Shown here one piece after another: positions 14,196 through 27,012 of a DNA stretch of 64,000 bases. The notes beneath the pieces were generated by a model, which saw only the letters and a list, made by a program, of their open reading frames with translations, searched no databases and was not told where the DNA came from. Source of the stretch: Octopus vulgaris (Eukaryota); contig OX597818.1 of the NCBI GenBank assembly GCA_951406725.2, forward strand, positions 74,400,001-74,464,000, in the 5' to 3' direction. The translations under genes and the position numbers were made by a program. The first letter of the stretch is position 1; each line of letters begins with the position of its first letter.

Positions 14196-15133
14196 ACGCG
14201 AATAAAAATTAAAATTAATGAAAAAATGGTGAAGAAAAAAAATTAAAAAGTGAATAGTAAATGAACAAAAATTACAGGAATTCTAACTTTACGCAAAGAA
14301 AAGGAAACCGAGGGTTTTAATACAAATATTATAAAAATTGTTTTACTTCGGATAAGAAAGCGGGCGGGTTGATTCTGAGAAAGACAATGTCATTCTTAAA
14401 GAGAAAGACGATAATTTGAACCAGACCACAAACAAATAAATCTATTATAATCATGACAATCTCATGAAGAGTAAAATACAATGGAAAGAATATAATACTT
14501 GGACAGAAAATAATGATTTACAGTAACAAAAATATACAGATTCTGTTTGTCAATCTATTTAAAGATAAAAAAAGAAAACGCGGCAGACAGTGGTTCTCAG
14601 AGTGATACGTGTTTGTTTCAAGGATCAGACAAGGTCTGTTTAATTCACTAGAATCTCCATCTTGAGTAAAAGACAGTTTTTCTATGTTTGTTTTTGTTAT
14701 TTTATATTCATAATAAGCTTTTGATTCTCTATCACGTACAAATATATTCGTCTTTAGAACATCTCTATTGACCCGGCAGACATATCTAAGGAGATCACAA
14801 ACATTATTACTATCATCGTTAGTATCACTGTCGTCATTATTTTCATCGTATTTGTTTTTCATCGACGACCTTACTCTTATTATCGTCAACTAAAATCACG
14901 GGCACTATAAAACAACATCAAGATCCGGCGTAGTAATGGTAGTAGTAGGAAAACTGTTGAGGTCAACAATGTCACTGTCAGAATATTTACAGAATGTGAA
15001 AAATGAAATTTTTAAGACTTTAAGAATCTTCATGAGAAATTTATATATATGCTATATATGTATATACATATACATGTATATATATACATATACATGTATA
15101 CATATATATATATATATATATATGTGTGTATAC

Positions 15134-15205
<72 letters not shown>

Positions 15206-15239
15206 GTGTATATATATACATATATTTTTTTTTCCTTGT

Positions 15240-15795
15240 TTTTATCCCTCTGCAAAGGAATTTTATTTAATTCTTTCGCAGGAAGAACTTGTTCGACGAG
15301 ACGTGTTCTGTCCTCACCTTCGAAACACGCTGGAGTTGAACTAGGGACAGCTGATGAGGGGGATTTTTCCTTGTGTAGTTGTCTTGTACTCTGTTTTTTC
15401 GTTGTTAAAAAAATGGTCCGTTCCATGCCATTTTTACTTTTTCGTTTCTCGTTGAGCTCTACGTCTATTTGTGGTGTCCTGTACACACGTATATATATTT
15501 ATATATGCATGTATATATACATGTAGATGTAGGTACGTACATATATGTTTGTATGTATGCATATATTTTATTTATTACACTATATATATATGCATGAATA
15601 TATCGGTACAGGACATCAAAAAAAAAAACGTAGACAAAATGAGAAACGAGGACATAAAAACAAAATCACAGGAAACGAACTTTTTTCGAACAACGAAAGA
15701 AACAAACAGAAATAGGAGAGAGGCAGCATAAAACAACATTCCCTTCATCAGTTGTCCCCTGTTTTATCTACTCCACGTTTCGAAGGTAGGGACAA
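15240..15795. repeat. Diverged inverted pair of a non-coding repeat family (also 33116-33556 and 61340-62430)
   Basis: ccttcgaaac...gacagctgatgagggg...gtggtgtcctgtac on + (to about 15484), with its reverse complement at about 15606-15795. Confidence 0.75.
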
Positions 15796-15890
15796 ATGTT
15801 TTTTTTTATATGTATGTATATATGCATATATTTATATATTATTTATATTATTATATGATCAAACGCCTCGCATCCAAGTAAGTTTTATCT

Positions 15891-15948
<58 letters not shown>

Positions 15949-17398
15949 CATACATACATACATACGTACATACGTACATACATACATACATACATACATA
16001 CATACATACATACATACATACATACATACATACATACATACATACATACATACATACATACATACATAGACTGATGAAGAGAGATTACTCAGAATTGTAA
16101 AATATGTAAGAAACATTTTATATTGTTTTATTTTATTATTTATCTTTTATTTCGTCGAGTTTCTTGCTAGTCTGGAGTTACCACCGTGTGTTCACAGAAA
16201 CATTAGACAAACTTTGACCGAAGACTTTTGAGTTTCTATATGTTCGCCGACACATACACACATGCACATGTAAATAAACAAATATTTTTTGTGTGTGTAG
16301 ATGTATATACCAAATGAGAGAGAGAAAACTAAATTCATGAGATTAATCAAAAACGATCGTTTCAACCCATCTTACATCGATCTCTTGCAGGTGAAATTCT
16401 GGATAACTGGCTGTGGTGCAACATTCGGTACAGATGTGTCTCGTCGGGTGTCTTTTCGAAAGGTATCTCGCTCAATAAACTCGGTTGTATAGATGTGTGT
16501 GTGTGTGCACGCGCGCGTGCTGTGTTTATGTGTGTGTGTGTATCTACATAATGAAAGGTTTTGTTTCAAACGCACCCTCCATTGGGTATAGGTCATCTAA
16601 TTTTCTTTGAACCGTATCTGTAAACTCAGGTGTAAGGTAGTTGATTTTTTTTTTAAATACGCTTTTGATATCTATACATTTCTCGCCTTTTCTGTTTTCG
16701 ATAGCGGTGATCTATATTATTAATTTTGATGATTTTTATTGAATTAAAATGCATACTCAATTAAGGAAAAGTTATGCACATTCGACTAAACATAATTTTA
16801 CTCGCTGCTCAGTAAATGTCTTTGAAAATTCGCCATCGCTGAAAGTTGCTGCATATTGATTTACAATTTTAATGAGATAAAGTAAGTAAAAAAAGAAGAT
16901 GGTTATTTCTTTTTAAGCTACTGAAATAAAATTAACATTAAATACAGTATTTGAAAGTTTCAGACATCATACAAGACTGAAAAAAAATCTCACTAAACTC
17001 ACCTGCATTAGCATGAAACTATATGCGCATAGATTCGCATACGAAATAACCATAAATTACATTAAATCATTTAAGCTTAAGCAAAAATAAGTTTCAACAG
17101 CTTTATAACATCTTTATGTGTGTATGTGTGTGTGTACATATATAACTGCATCTATACACATGTACATAAATAATATTACTATTATTTCTATAATGTTTCT
17201 CTTATTTCTAGGTATCTTGACACTCTTAGTCACCTACAGTGACCTTTATATTGCTCCTTTATGGTATCACATTGCGACTTGCTGTTTATAGTAACCTTTG
17301 TAATCACATTAGCGATCCGCTAAATCATCCCTAAACTTTTATGGTAAATACATATACGCTGACGGGAATATTGGCTCAGAATCTGCCGCACAAGCGGT

Positions 17399-17450
17399 CC
17401 TTACTAATGAAGGCAACGAAAATAGCCGAAAATGAACGTTCGGTCAAAGG
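17399..17450 (+). ncRNA. Degenerate hammerhead ribozyme
   Basis: cctta-CTAATGA-a-ggc...gcc-GAAA-atgaacgttcg-GTC-aaagg. G5 is mutated; stem III is palindromic. Confidence 0.5.
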
Positions 17451-17740
17451 AATTCTTGAGTCAGTGATTGGGGCAATAACAGCCACTGTCAGCATATATA
17501 TATATATATATATATAAAATAAATCTCTGAACGAGGTATAAACAGTAACTGCACGACAATGTGAGGTATATTTGCCATCTCAATATGGCTAAACACTAAG
17601 GGTGGGTGTTACTGTAGCTTGTAGCCCCAGGAGAACATATATATATATATATACACACACACACATTTATATACTTTTTCTGGAGCATTATAGCCTTTTG
17701 GCTCTTATTTCTAGCAATCTATGTATTCTGACACCCTTAG

Positions 17741-17786
<46 letters not shown>

Positions 17787-17861
17787 TTCCGCTCATTCAA
17801 TATGTGACCGCATGTGTATCGTTGGCGATTTTTTTCCCTTCTTTGGATCTTTCCTTTTCCT

Positions 17862-17900
17862 GTGTTTCTGACGAAGAGGTCCGCTCGAAACATTAAATCC
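17862..17900 (+). ncRNA. Minimal hammerhead candidate in a ~215-bp unit between (TA)n tracts (17785-18000)
   Basis: gttt-CTGACGA-a-gag-gtccg-ctc-GAAAC-att-aaat. Related fragment cgaaacgtaaaa...ttcctgagcg at about 36058-36170. Confidence 0.5.
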
Positions 17901-17997
17901 TCTTACTTTCTTTCTTTCCTGAGCGTCGAATAACACTATACTTTTTCCACGTCCTCGCGTTGTTGTGTTTACTCTTTGTGTTATCAGGTTTGGATTA

Positions 17998-18044
<47 letters not shown>

Positions 18045-18049
<5 letters not shown>

Positions 18050-19400
18050 TATATATACAAGCGAAAGAGCTACAAATATTTTCATGCTGTTATGACAATT
18101 GAACAGATATTATAAAGTACGCCATGTATCTTAAAGCAATCTTTCAGGCTCCGTTCATACCTTATATATAATTTTAAAAAAACAAGAATCCTGGATAGTA
18201 ACAAAATAAGAAAAAAAAAACGAGGGAAAACATGAAGTACGTTGGCTCAAAAACTGGAACGAGAAAAAATAAACGAAATAAAGAATTACTATCCTCGTCA
18301 TCCTTGATTGCAGAATCTCATTAAATACAACTGGTCTCGAACAAAATAACACAAAAGATGTCTAAGTCTGCAAGACAGCAACAGAATCCGAAACGGGCGC
18401 TGGCCCCTATTTCGACAAAAGAAACCCGTCAATGTGCCTACACCTGGTAAAATCTTCAGATCTCGAATTAAGCATTGTGTTGGAATTGTTGAATCGAACA
18501 ATAATGTGAGACCTTTCTGTAACGCAAAAGTTGAATTTCTTAGGCCCATTAACATATTCTCCATTTAGATGTGTGTGGTGTGGAACTGCTCTTCAAAATT
18601 TATACGTGGTTAGTCTACTTAGTTGCATTACTGTTATCGATATCCCGGAAATAAGATAAGTGGTTTGTATAACGTCTCCTGAATTCGCTCTCACATAACC
18701 CGATGCATTTCTTCTTTTCATTTGATTTGTCTTGCAGCGTAGATGTCACTTCATCTTGGTATGTGACGATATTTCTCATACAAGCCTGGTCAAGTGGGTA
18801 ATCTTCAGGGTCTCGGCAGTTACAACCGAGAGTGGTCTCTTGGTCATTTTTGCGGGTAATTATGTTCTTCATGTTGGTGCAGCAGTTTTATGATAATTTT
18901 ATTCAGCGCTTGTTAACAAGTTTCTGTATTTATGGTTTATTAAAATATGTTTATCTAAATATCATATAAATTTCTTGCCTACGTTAAGGGAGAAAGGAAT
19001 GGCGAGCCAAATTATTATGGTATATTTTGAGGTTTATTTTTACGATTCATATTTGTACTTAAAGAGTTGCAATATATTTTATCTTTCAAGTTGCTGTTAG
19101 CTAGGGAATTTTTACAGTAGAAGGCTGCCTTATCGAATATGCGTTTAGAATATAGGTTTGATATTCTATTACTAATGTTAGCTTCAGATTTTTAGAAATT
19201 ATAAGGGCATGACAAGAATGTTTATGTATGTAACAGATCTTGTTTGGCTTATGATACGGCTTATAACAGTGAGAGTTTAGATCTAGAGAAACGTCTTTAA
19301 AATATCAACTTAAGACAGATTAGTAGTAATAATGATTTTGAGGCCTAATTGACTAAATTATCAGTGAAATTTTTTCAAAATTTATTAAGTGTGTGACCAT
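18045..19400 (-). mobile_element. Penelope-like element relic (RT C-terminus, GIY-YIG endonuclease, 3' UTR)
   Basis: ORF 18615..18872 CNCR...PL..AC..NIVTY...CIGLCESEFRRRYTNH matches the PLE GIY-YIG pattern. Many stops elsewhere; the boundary near 19400 is approximate. Confidence 0.75.
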
Positions 19401-19747
19401 CACAGCTATGAGATATCCCCGAACCATTGTCTCGATAGAGACAAACATCATGGGATGAGAACTTGGATCTCAGTGTATGTAATATAGAGAACTACAAGAT
19501 CACAAATGTCTGCACTGTCATACAATCCCATCCATACTTCAAACCTAATATTTTAAACCCATGCTGAGCTTTACTAAATAGAAATGTTTTTCTCAGATGC
19601 ATGTTAAACTCCAGGTATATGTGGTCTATATCCACGTACGTTTTTGCAAATTCAATCGCAATCATCACGATTTCGAGGTATAAAAATCGACAATGTCGAA
19701 TTTTATTAATCTAGCTCTATGCTTTATATTCTTAAACCAATCTATGT

Positions 19748-20089
19748 AAAGGGTAAAGACCCCCTTCGGTCATGAATGACCATGGGATTGCACCTAGAAA
19801 GTTACCCTCCCAGACACAAGTCCGGGCACGGTTGTTTATGGAAGACCAGCAGTCGCCCATGCATACCAGCCTCCGCTCTCCACGCCACCAGTGTTATCCA
19901 AGGGAAAGACAAAGGTCGATACAGCTTGGCACTAGTGACGTCGCAACTCATTTCTACAGCTGAGTGAACTGGAGCAACGTGAAATAAAGTGCCTTGCTCA
20001 AGAACACAACACGCAGCCCGGTCCGGGATTCGAGCTCACCACCTCACGATCGTAAGCTCGACGCTCTAACCACTGAGCCATGCGCCTTC
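19748..20089 (-). mobile_element. tRNA-derived SINE (second family)
   Basis: Reverse-complement head ggcgcatggctcagtggttagagcg...gagctcgaatcccgg (A and B boxes). Relatives at about 21110-21360 (+), 40230-40410 and 40430-40705 (-). Confidence 0.85.
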
Positions 20090-20439
20090 ATCAAATCATA
20101 GTGATCCGTGAAATTAGAAGTTATCGTTGCATCAAAAAAATAAAGCTTTCCATTTCATCCGTTGCACGAGCACTTCACCTTTCTCTAGAAGCATCCTATA
20201 GTATAGTTTATTTGTTGGTACAAGTATAATTTTTATGGAGTAATTTAAGGGATATTTATCCGTAATAATGCGTATTATTTTTTGAAGATTCCTTAGTCAT
20301 TCAACTTTACGTGGCTATAAACCAAACAGTGTGGAAATTGGATTTGCACTAGAAACCCACGTACGATTTGGAGGTATACTTTAAAGATCCAATACCGGTA
20401 GAATCAACAAAAGTACTCCATCCAATGAGAGATAAATAT

Positions 20440-20840
20440 CAAATTAAATATGCTACCGAAAGAGCTGCTCATATTTTCATGCTAGGATAATACTTAAACA
20501 GGCATATTTATCAAATACGCTATGTATCTTGAAGTAATTTTTCAGGCCCCCGTTCATGTGGTATCAATTTTGAAAACAAGGACGCTGGACAGTAAGAAAA
20601 TAAGAAAACCACGTGGAAAAAACGTGAAGAAAGTTGGTGTCAAAAATGGAACGAGAAAAAAGAAACTATCCAAGACAAATGAGTTGGAAAGAAATCTGAC
20701 GTCGAGTCATGTGAGGGTAAATTCAAGAGACGCTATGCAAACCACCTATCTTCTTTCAGGCACATAAACGTAATGCAACTATGTTGGTTAGGCACGTGTG
20801 GAATTTGAGGAGCAGCCCCACACCACATACAATTAAGAGC
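20440..20840. mobile_element. Second PLE fragment: 3' UTR copy plus inverted GIY-YIG piece
   Basis: 20440-20670 is similar to 18045-18295. About 20710-20830 on + encodes CEGKFKRRYANHLSSFRH. Confidence 0.65.
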
Positions 20841-21404
20841 GTCAAAAGATGGCGGATGGATTGTAGAAAACTACGCAAAATGACCTTCTGCATTTTTCTA
20901 GCTTCTACTTGCAAAATTCAAATGCTATGGCGGTCAATTTAACCGTCCATCCGTCCTGCGATATTAACGTAAGATAACATCAATTATTAAATCGACGATC
21001 TCGTAACTTCCAGTTACGTAGCCATTTAAGTATGTTGTCAAAACGTGTCTTGTAGACTGCACGATTGGTTAATGTAGTAGAAAGGACTCTTGTTGTTGTT
21101 GTTAGTGAGTACGCACGGCCTAGTGGCTAGAGAATTGCACTCACGATCGCGAGATCGTGGTTTCAATTCCTGGTAGTGCGTTGTGTTCTGGAGCAGAATA
21201 CTTCATCTTACGTTGCTCTACGATTAGACGCCTGACGCGTGGTACACCGTGCACCTGTTCAGACAACGTCGACTTGATGGAGGTGATGAGCTAATGTACA
21301 ACACATTCATATGCTCACTTTCAACAAATAATTTGTGCAAGCAGTTCAGCTAAAACTAATCATTTATATATCGTCTTAAACTTCCATCATTATTATTAGT
21401 GTTG

Positions 21405-21800
21405 AGAAAGCGATCTGGCAGAATTGTTAGCACTCAGTTCAAATTCCGCCGTTGTCGACTTTATCTTTCATCATTTCGGGGGTCGATAAATTAAGTACCA
21501 GTGAAACACTGCGGTCGATGTAATGGACTACTCCCCTCCCCCTAATTTTCAGGCCGTGTACCTTTAACAGAAATTATCATTATTATTAATGAGTCAGCGA
21601 GCTGGCAGAATGGTTAGTGCTCTGGACAAAATTCTCAGTGACATCTCGTTCGTTTTTATGTTCTGAGTTCTAATTTCGCGTATGTCGACTTTGCCTTTCA
21701 TCATTTCGGAGTCGATAAGATAGGTATGAGTTGATCACTGAGATTGATGTAATTGACTTAGCTCTCCCCGCGAAGTCGGTAGCGTTGTGCCAATATTTGA
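21405..21800 (+). mobile_element. Two tandem diverged Nin/Deu-domain SINE copies
   Basis: Each has gctggcagaat.gttag, gttcaaattccgcc and gtcgactttgcctttcatc.tttcggggtcgataa. Confidence 0.75.
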
Positions 21801-22458
21801 ATCAACATTAGTATTATTGCTGTTGTTTTATACAAGATGTTCGAAGCCTCACCAAGTAACAATAATTTGGTCGTTTTCCTACGGTTTATTTACGATTAGT
21901 ACTGCTATATTGCTGTGAAAGAGACCAGAATTTGAGTAGCATGAGTTTTAATTTTCAAAGAGTTTTATGAGAATCAGTTATTTTCTTGTTGACAATATTT
22001 TTGTTGCAGTACACATGGAAATACATTTTTGTAGTTCTCCTACTTTTGAATTTCCTGATATCTGGACATATTTTCAAAACTCTGATGATCTCTATCTCTC
22101 TATCTCTCTCTCTTTTGTCTTTTGACCGTCTACTAATGGTCTCGTCTCCAATTACTTTTATCCATTTTCACATTTGCACTGGCGTATTGCTTGTTCATTC
22201 ATTTATTGTTTGTTCGTCTCTTTTTGTTTTGATCGCATTCCCAGCAAGTTTTTTATCGGTGCTTCCGGTGTAGAAGCAATATTGTCGATAATAGCCCGAA
22301 ATTGCGTTTTCCACTTTGGTCGATAACTGATGAGGAGTTGGTGACCTTTCGTGTTTGTTTTCTGTTCGTCTATACATTTAGTATATGTTTTTGAACTTGA
22401 CCTTCTGTATCTGTTTTCTCTTTGTTTATTTACTATACGATATTCGACATACACACAC

Positions 22459-22529
<71 letters not shown>

Positions 22530-22579
22530 TGCATATATATACATATTCATATATTCATATATATATTTACAATCACATA

Positions 22580-22610
<31 letters not shown>

Positions 22611-24542
22611 ATATATATGTGTGTGTGTGTGTATATATCTATATACGTATGTGTGTTTATGTGTGCGAGTGCATGTATGTATATACATACACACACACAC
22701 ACACGAGGAGAGCCGTTCAGAAAGGGGATGTACTTGGAAGAGGGTGTGGCAGTGGAAGATAACTATACAAGGCTACCTGTATATGTTTTTTACTAAGTTC
22801 GTATTAAAGTGATGTGAGAATTTGCAAGCAGAATGGAAAATTACTTCTAAGCAGAAACCAACTTGAGGAGAGATTTTTGTATTAGATAGCTGTGACGACA
22901 AATATTGAAAAATTTTGTCATAAAGACTTTTGTCATGAACAGAATTATTTGTGTCATTGGGTGTTGTACAGCGATTAGTAGGTGGTGGTGTGTCTGCTCT
23001 AATTCGGATCAGGGTAGACTGATTTTAAGAGGAGTGAGATTTTAAGTGCCTTTTAAGATTTCTCTCAGTGAAGTCACAATATTCCCGCCAGGTACTTGGT
23101 ATGAATGCTTACAATATGGGTCATGTATGCCTATGTCCAAAAATAGACGGTCCTGAATGTGCTGTTAAACATAGCGTCGACTTGCTAACATTCGCATTTC
23201 TTTTTGGCTTATTCTTTCATGTAAAGATTAAAGATTTATCCCTGCTTTCCTTGAACATGTCGTAACCTGTTTTGGAGAGAATCGCTGGCAAAGTATACCT
23301 GATATCTATTGATTAAACAGTCCAGAAGTATAATGTTTATTAGTGGGTTTTCCGCCAGTGTCGAAGGTGAGCCTTCAATTTCTTGACTTACTGAATTCTT
23401 AAACGTAAATTTAAGGTGCAACTCTGCACAATTCCACTTACACGTGTACAGTTAATACAATTCTCAGTTCAAATTAACATGATATCACGAGGCAGTTTGA
23501 CTTATCAATTACATATACAATCCAGAGAAGCATGAAGAGAGAGAGAGAGGGGGGGGAGGTAAAAAATCAGTATTTGTACGTTGTCTATTGTACCAGAAAA
23601 TTTAGACATATATGACTCCACAAAAAACCTCGTGCTTGTTCTGTCCTGCATTAATAATACGTATCTATAAGAGATTGCCAGTATGTGCAATATGGCTTAA
23701 CTGTTAAGTAGTTCGCTTCGCCAACGCGAGGTCCACGGTTCGATCATACTATCGATATTTTTGGTAAATAGTATTTTCTACAGTTTTCAATTTACCCATA
23801 CCTCTGATTGATAATGGATAAACAAAATCTGTATAGAAGCTAGCCCGGTAGATTGTATATATAATGTAAACGCTACGCTGTCATATGCTCGTCTTGAGAG
23901 AGGATTACATGAAAGGTCCACGCGTCTGTCGAATATTCGGTCGTGTTTGTTCAAAGAGCAGATAGTTCGGTTTATCGAAGAAGTGATGCCTTTTCACCGA
24001 ACGTCAGTTATCTATTATCATCACCAATATATCAGAGCTTTCCAGTTTTAGTATGCAAACTTGTGTTCGTTTTCGAAATTTCTCACACATCAAACTAGAA
24101 TCGAATAATGGGAAAACCAGCGCGTATGTCATGATTTGGATACATTGATTCCCCGTCATTACAATGCGTGCAGTTTATTCCATACTAGAGTGGATGGAAA
24201 CACTTCGATTCATACTATTTGGATTTCAAGAATTTCCTCCCGGTTCAATCCTCATAAAACACATAGACGGCTTCGTTATTTTCGTTCTTTCAGTTATTTT
24301 TAAGGATTAAATCCAATGGAAACATATATATGGATGGTGAATATTAGGAAACTAGTTCTCAGTTTTTATTGTCATAAGGCGCAGGCATGGTTTTGGGTTA
24401 AGATTTTCTCTATCAAGAACGTGGTCTTTCTTTCAGTCCCATTACAAGGGACTTTGGGTAAACGTCTTCTTATAGTCCCAAGCCGTCAGTGAATTTGGCA
24501 GAAGGAAAGCGTGAAGAAACTCGTCTCATATATACATATGTG

Positions 24543-24574
<32 letters not shown>

Positions 24575-24659
24575 TGTATGTATGTATGTATGCATGCATA
24601 GAAATATCATTATTTCTAAATTTCTCTAAAGGAGGCTGTGGCAGCGGTACTGGATGTTA

Positions 24660-24960
24660 ATAGTTATCGCCAAGCTAACATGGCAGATCAGAAAACTAGG
24701 ACGAATGCTGCCGTTGATTAGCTCCAATAGGCCATCGCCTCTAGCTAGCTATGTGACACACAAGCCTCTTAGGCAACAACCTCGAAACTAGTGTGTGGAT
24801 GCCAAACCAGCAAGAATAAACTGCTGACCTCCTCTGTTCGAAGGTTATAATGGACACAGGTTTGTGCGTCACATAGCTAGCTAGAGGCGATAGCCTCTTA
24901 GAGCTAATGAATGGCAGCATTCCACCTATTTTCTGGACTGCCATGTTAGCTTGGCTATAA

Positions 24961-24966
<6 letters not shown>
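24660..24966. repeat. Inverted repeat, arms about 108 bp, ending in (TA)n
   Basis: gccaagctaacatggcag...cgcctctagctagctatgtgac versus gtcacatagctagctagaggcg...ctgccatgttagcttggc. Confidence 0.85.
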
Positions 24967-25048
<82 letters not shown>

Positions 25049-25735
25049 TGTGTATATATGCATATCCAATCCTCTATCCATACATATATGTGTACGTTTG
25101 TGCATGCAAGTGTGTGTGTGTGAGCTATGTTATTTTTCCCCGCCAACGTTTGGCAAATTTGTTTACATCGCCGTAAGCTAGTGGTTCGGTAAAATAAATA
25201 AAAAACCAGTAGCAGGATTACCATAAGCTTAAAAATTAATTACGGAGATCGATTTATTCGACTAAACCATTCGAGGTGGTGCCACAGCACGGCTGCAGTA
25301 AGGTAATTGACGTAAGTAAAAACTAAAAGGTATATCAATAAAGTGGATATATATATATCGAATATTAGCTACTGACGTAAAGATTTGCTGGCAACGTTTC
25401 TCTGTTATAATGTGGAGCAAAGTCATTCAGCAGGTTAAAAGTAATTAGTATACGACACATTCATGAAAGAACCAGGAATGAGCCGTTGAGAAAGGGGATC
25501 GCTATTTGTAGATGCTTGTCGCAGTCAAACGCCTTCGAAAAATAAGTATTTATTTCTCACTCCGGTGAAAGATTTTCAAATGTATACAGTGGATTGATAT
25601 GTTGTGATGATGTACATCCATATATGCAAGTCCTGTGGACATTAGTGATGTACGGGAAATTGATCCTTTTTAATGTAACGGTACTAGACGCATAATAGTC
25701 ATTCCACATTGTTCATGATTATCTCTTAATAAATA

Positions 25736-25860
25736 CTAGCAATGCATCCTTGCGTTGCCCGGGTGTTATGACCTACAGCCATATTGTATTATTTGTTTCT
25801 TTCGTATGAGCAAAATCGAGACACGAGGAGTGTGAAACAAACAACTCTTCTTTATATACA
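25736..25860 (-). mobile_element. Possible tiny non-autonomous Helitron
   Basis: Minus strand ends ...cccgggcaacgcaagg...CTAG-T; the 5' side is tgtatataaagaagag. Confidence 0.4.
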
Positions 25861-26554
25861 TGTTTTTCTGTCATTTTGTGATGAACAATACTGAAACTGT
25901 TGACACCAAAAACATGTAGAATTACAGCTTAGATTAGAAGAAAATTTACCTATACTTATGGATTTAAAGAATTGTATGATGTGTGAGGACGTAGAGGTAC
26001 CCGTATTGCACAAAGTAAGGTACATAGCAAGAAAGCTGCTTCATTGCGAATAGCATCATCTCTAATGTTTGGGCAGACTGCATGCTTCAACATATGATAA
26101 TTGAAGCTTCTGAGTAAACTATGTTTTGTATAAGTCTAGAATTGATAGAATAAATATACAACTCATCTGCACTCATCGAGAGCATGTGATATATAGTTAT
26201 CCATGGGAAAAGCAGGGTATTTGTAAATTGAGACCCACAATTTTTAAAGTACCATAATTCATACAGAACTTTAACTGTGTGTTTGTGTGGGGGTGGGTGA
26301 CAAAGGAAGTTATTTTGGCATACCTTTCTTAATTCCAAAAGAAGGAAATGTAGTGAAGTTGTAATATGTTAACAGCAGAAGGTATCTGTATATTGTAATG
26401 AAAAATGGAAAGAGAAAGATAATATCTAATTCTACGCACGCCTGAAACATGCAGCTAAAGTGAAAAATGACCTTAAAATTGTACGACACGACCTCATTTC
26501 TGGGGCTCGGCATCCTCTTCTCTCCCGCTTTCCACCTCTCTTTGTGTCGCTTTA

Positions 26555-26820
26555 TTTCACCTTCACCTATAGAGCATATATTATTAATTTTGTGCTGGCT
26601 CTCTTTCATTTTCAACTATAGAATATACGTAGGGTATGAAGGATCAGCGTGTGTCTCTCACTCGCTATCCGCCTTTCACCTTCACCTATAGAACATACAT
26701 ACGGTATCATCTTTCTGTAGGCTTTGTTTTGGCTTTCAACTATAGAACATACGAAGAGTATGAAACATCAGCATATCACTCTCACCCGCTATCCCTGTCC
26801 TTCATCTTCACCTATAGAAA
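26555..26820 (+). repeat. Diverged tandem repeat, unit about 120 bp
   Basis: Recurrent ttcaccttcacctatagaa and tttcaactatagaa.atacg...gtatgaa..atcagc. Confidence 0.65.
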
Positions 26821-26957
26821 CTTGTTTTCTGTCACTGTTTCTTTCTCTTGTCCCTCTATCTTTTTCTCATTCTGCGTTTCCCTCCGTCATTCCGTAAAAA
26901 TAAGATGTATGTACGTGTATATGAAATGGGCATGTGTGTGTGTATGTGAAAGAGAGA

Positions 26958-27012
<55 letters not shown>

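Noticed and set aside
20010-20089. tRNA-like sequence with A and B boxes
   Set aside because: Continues into a SINE body; a SINE head, not a tRNA gene.
26555-26820. CRISPR-like repeat-spacer pattern
   Set aside because: The spacers are themselves repeated, the context is eukaryotic, and there are no cas genes.
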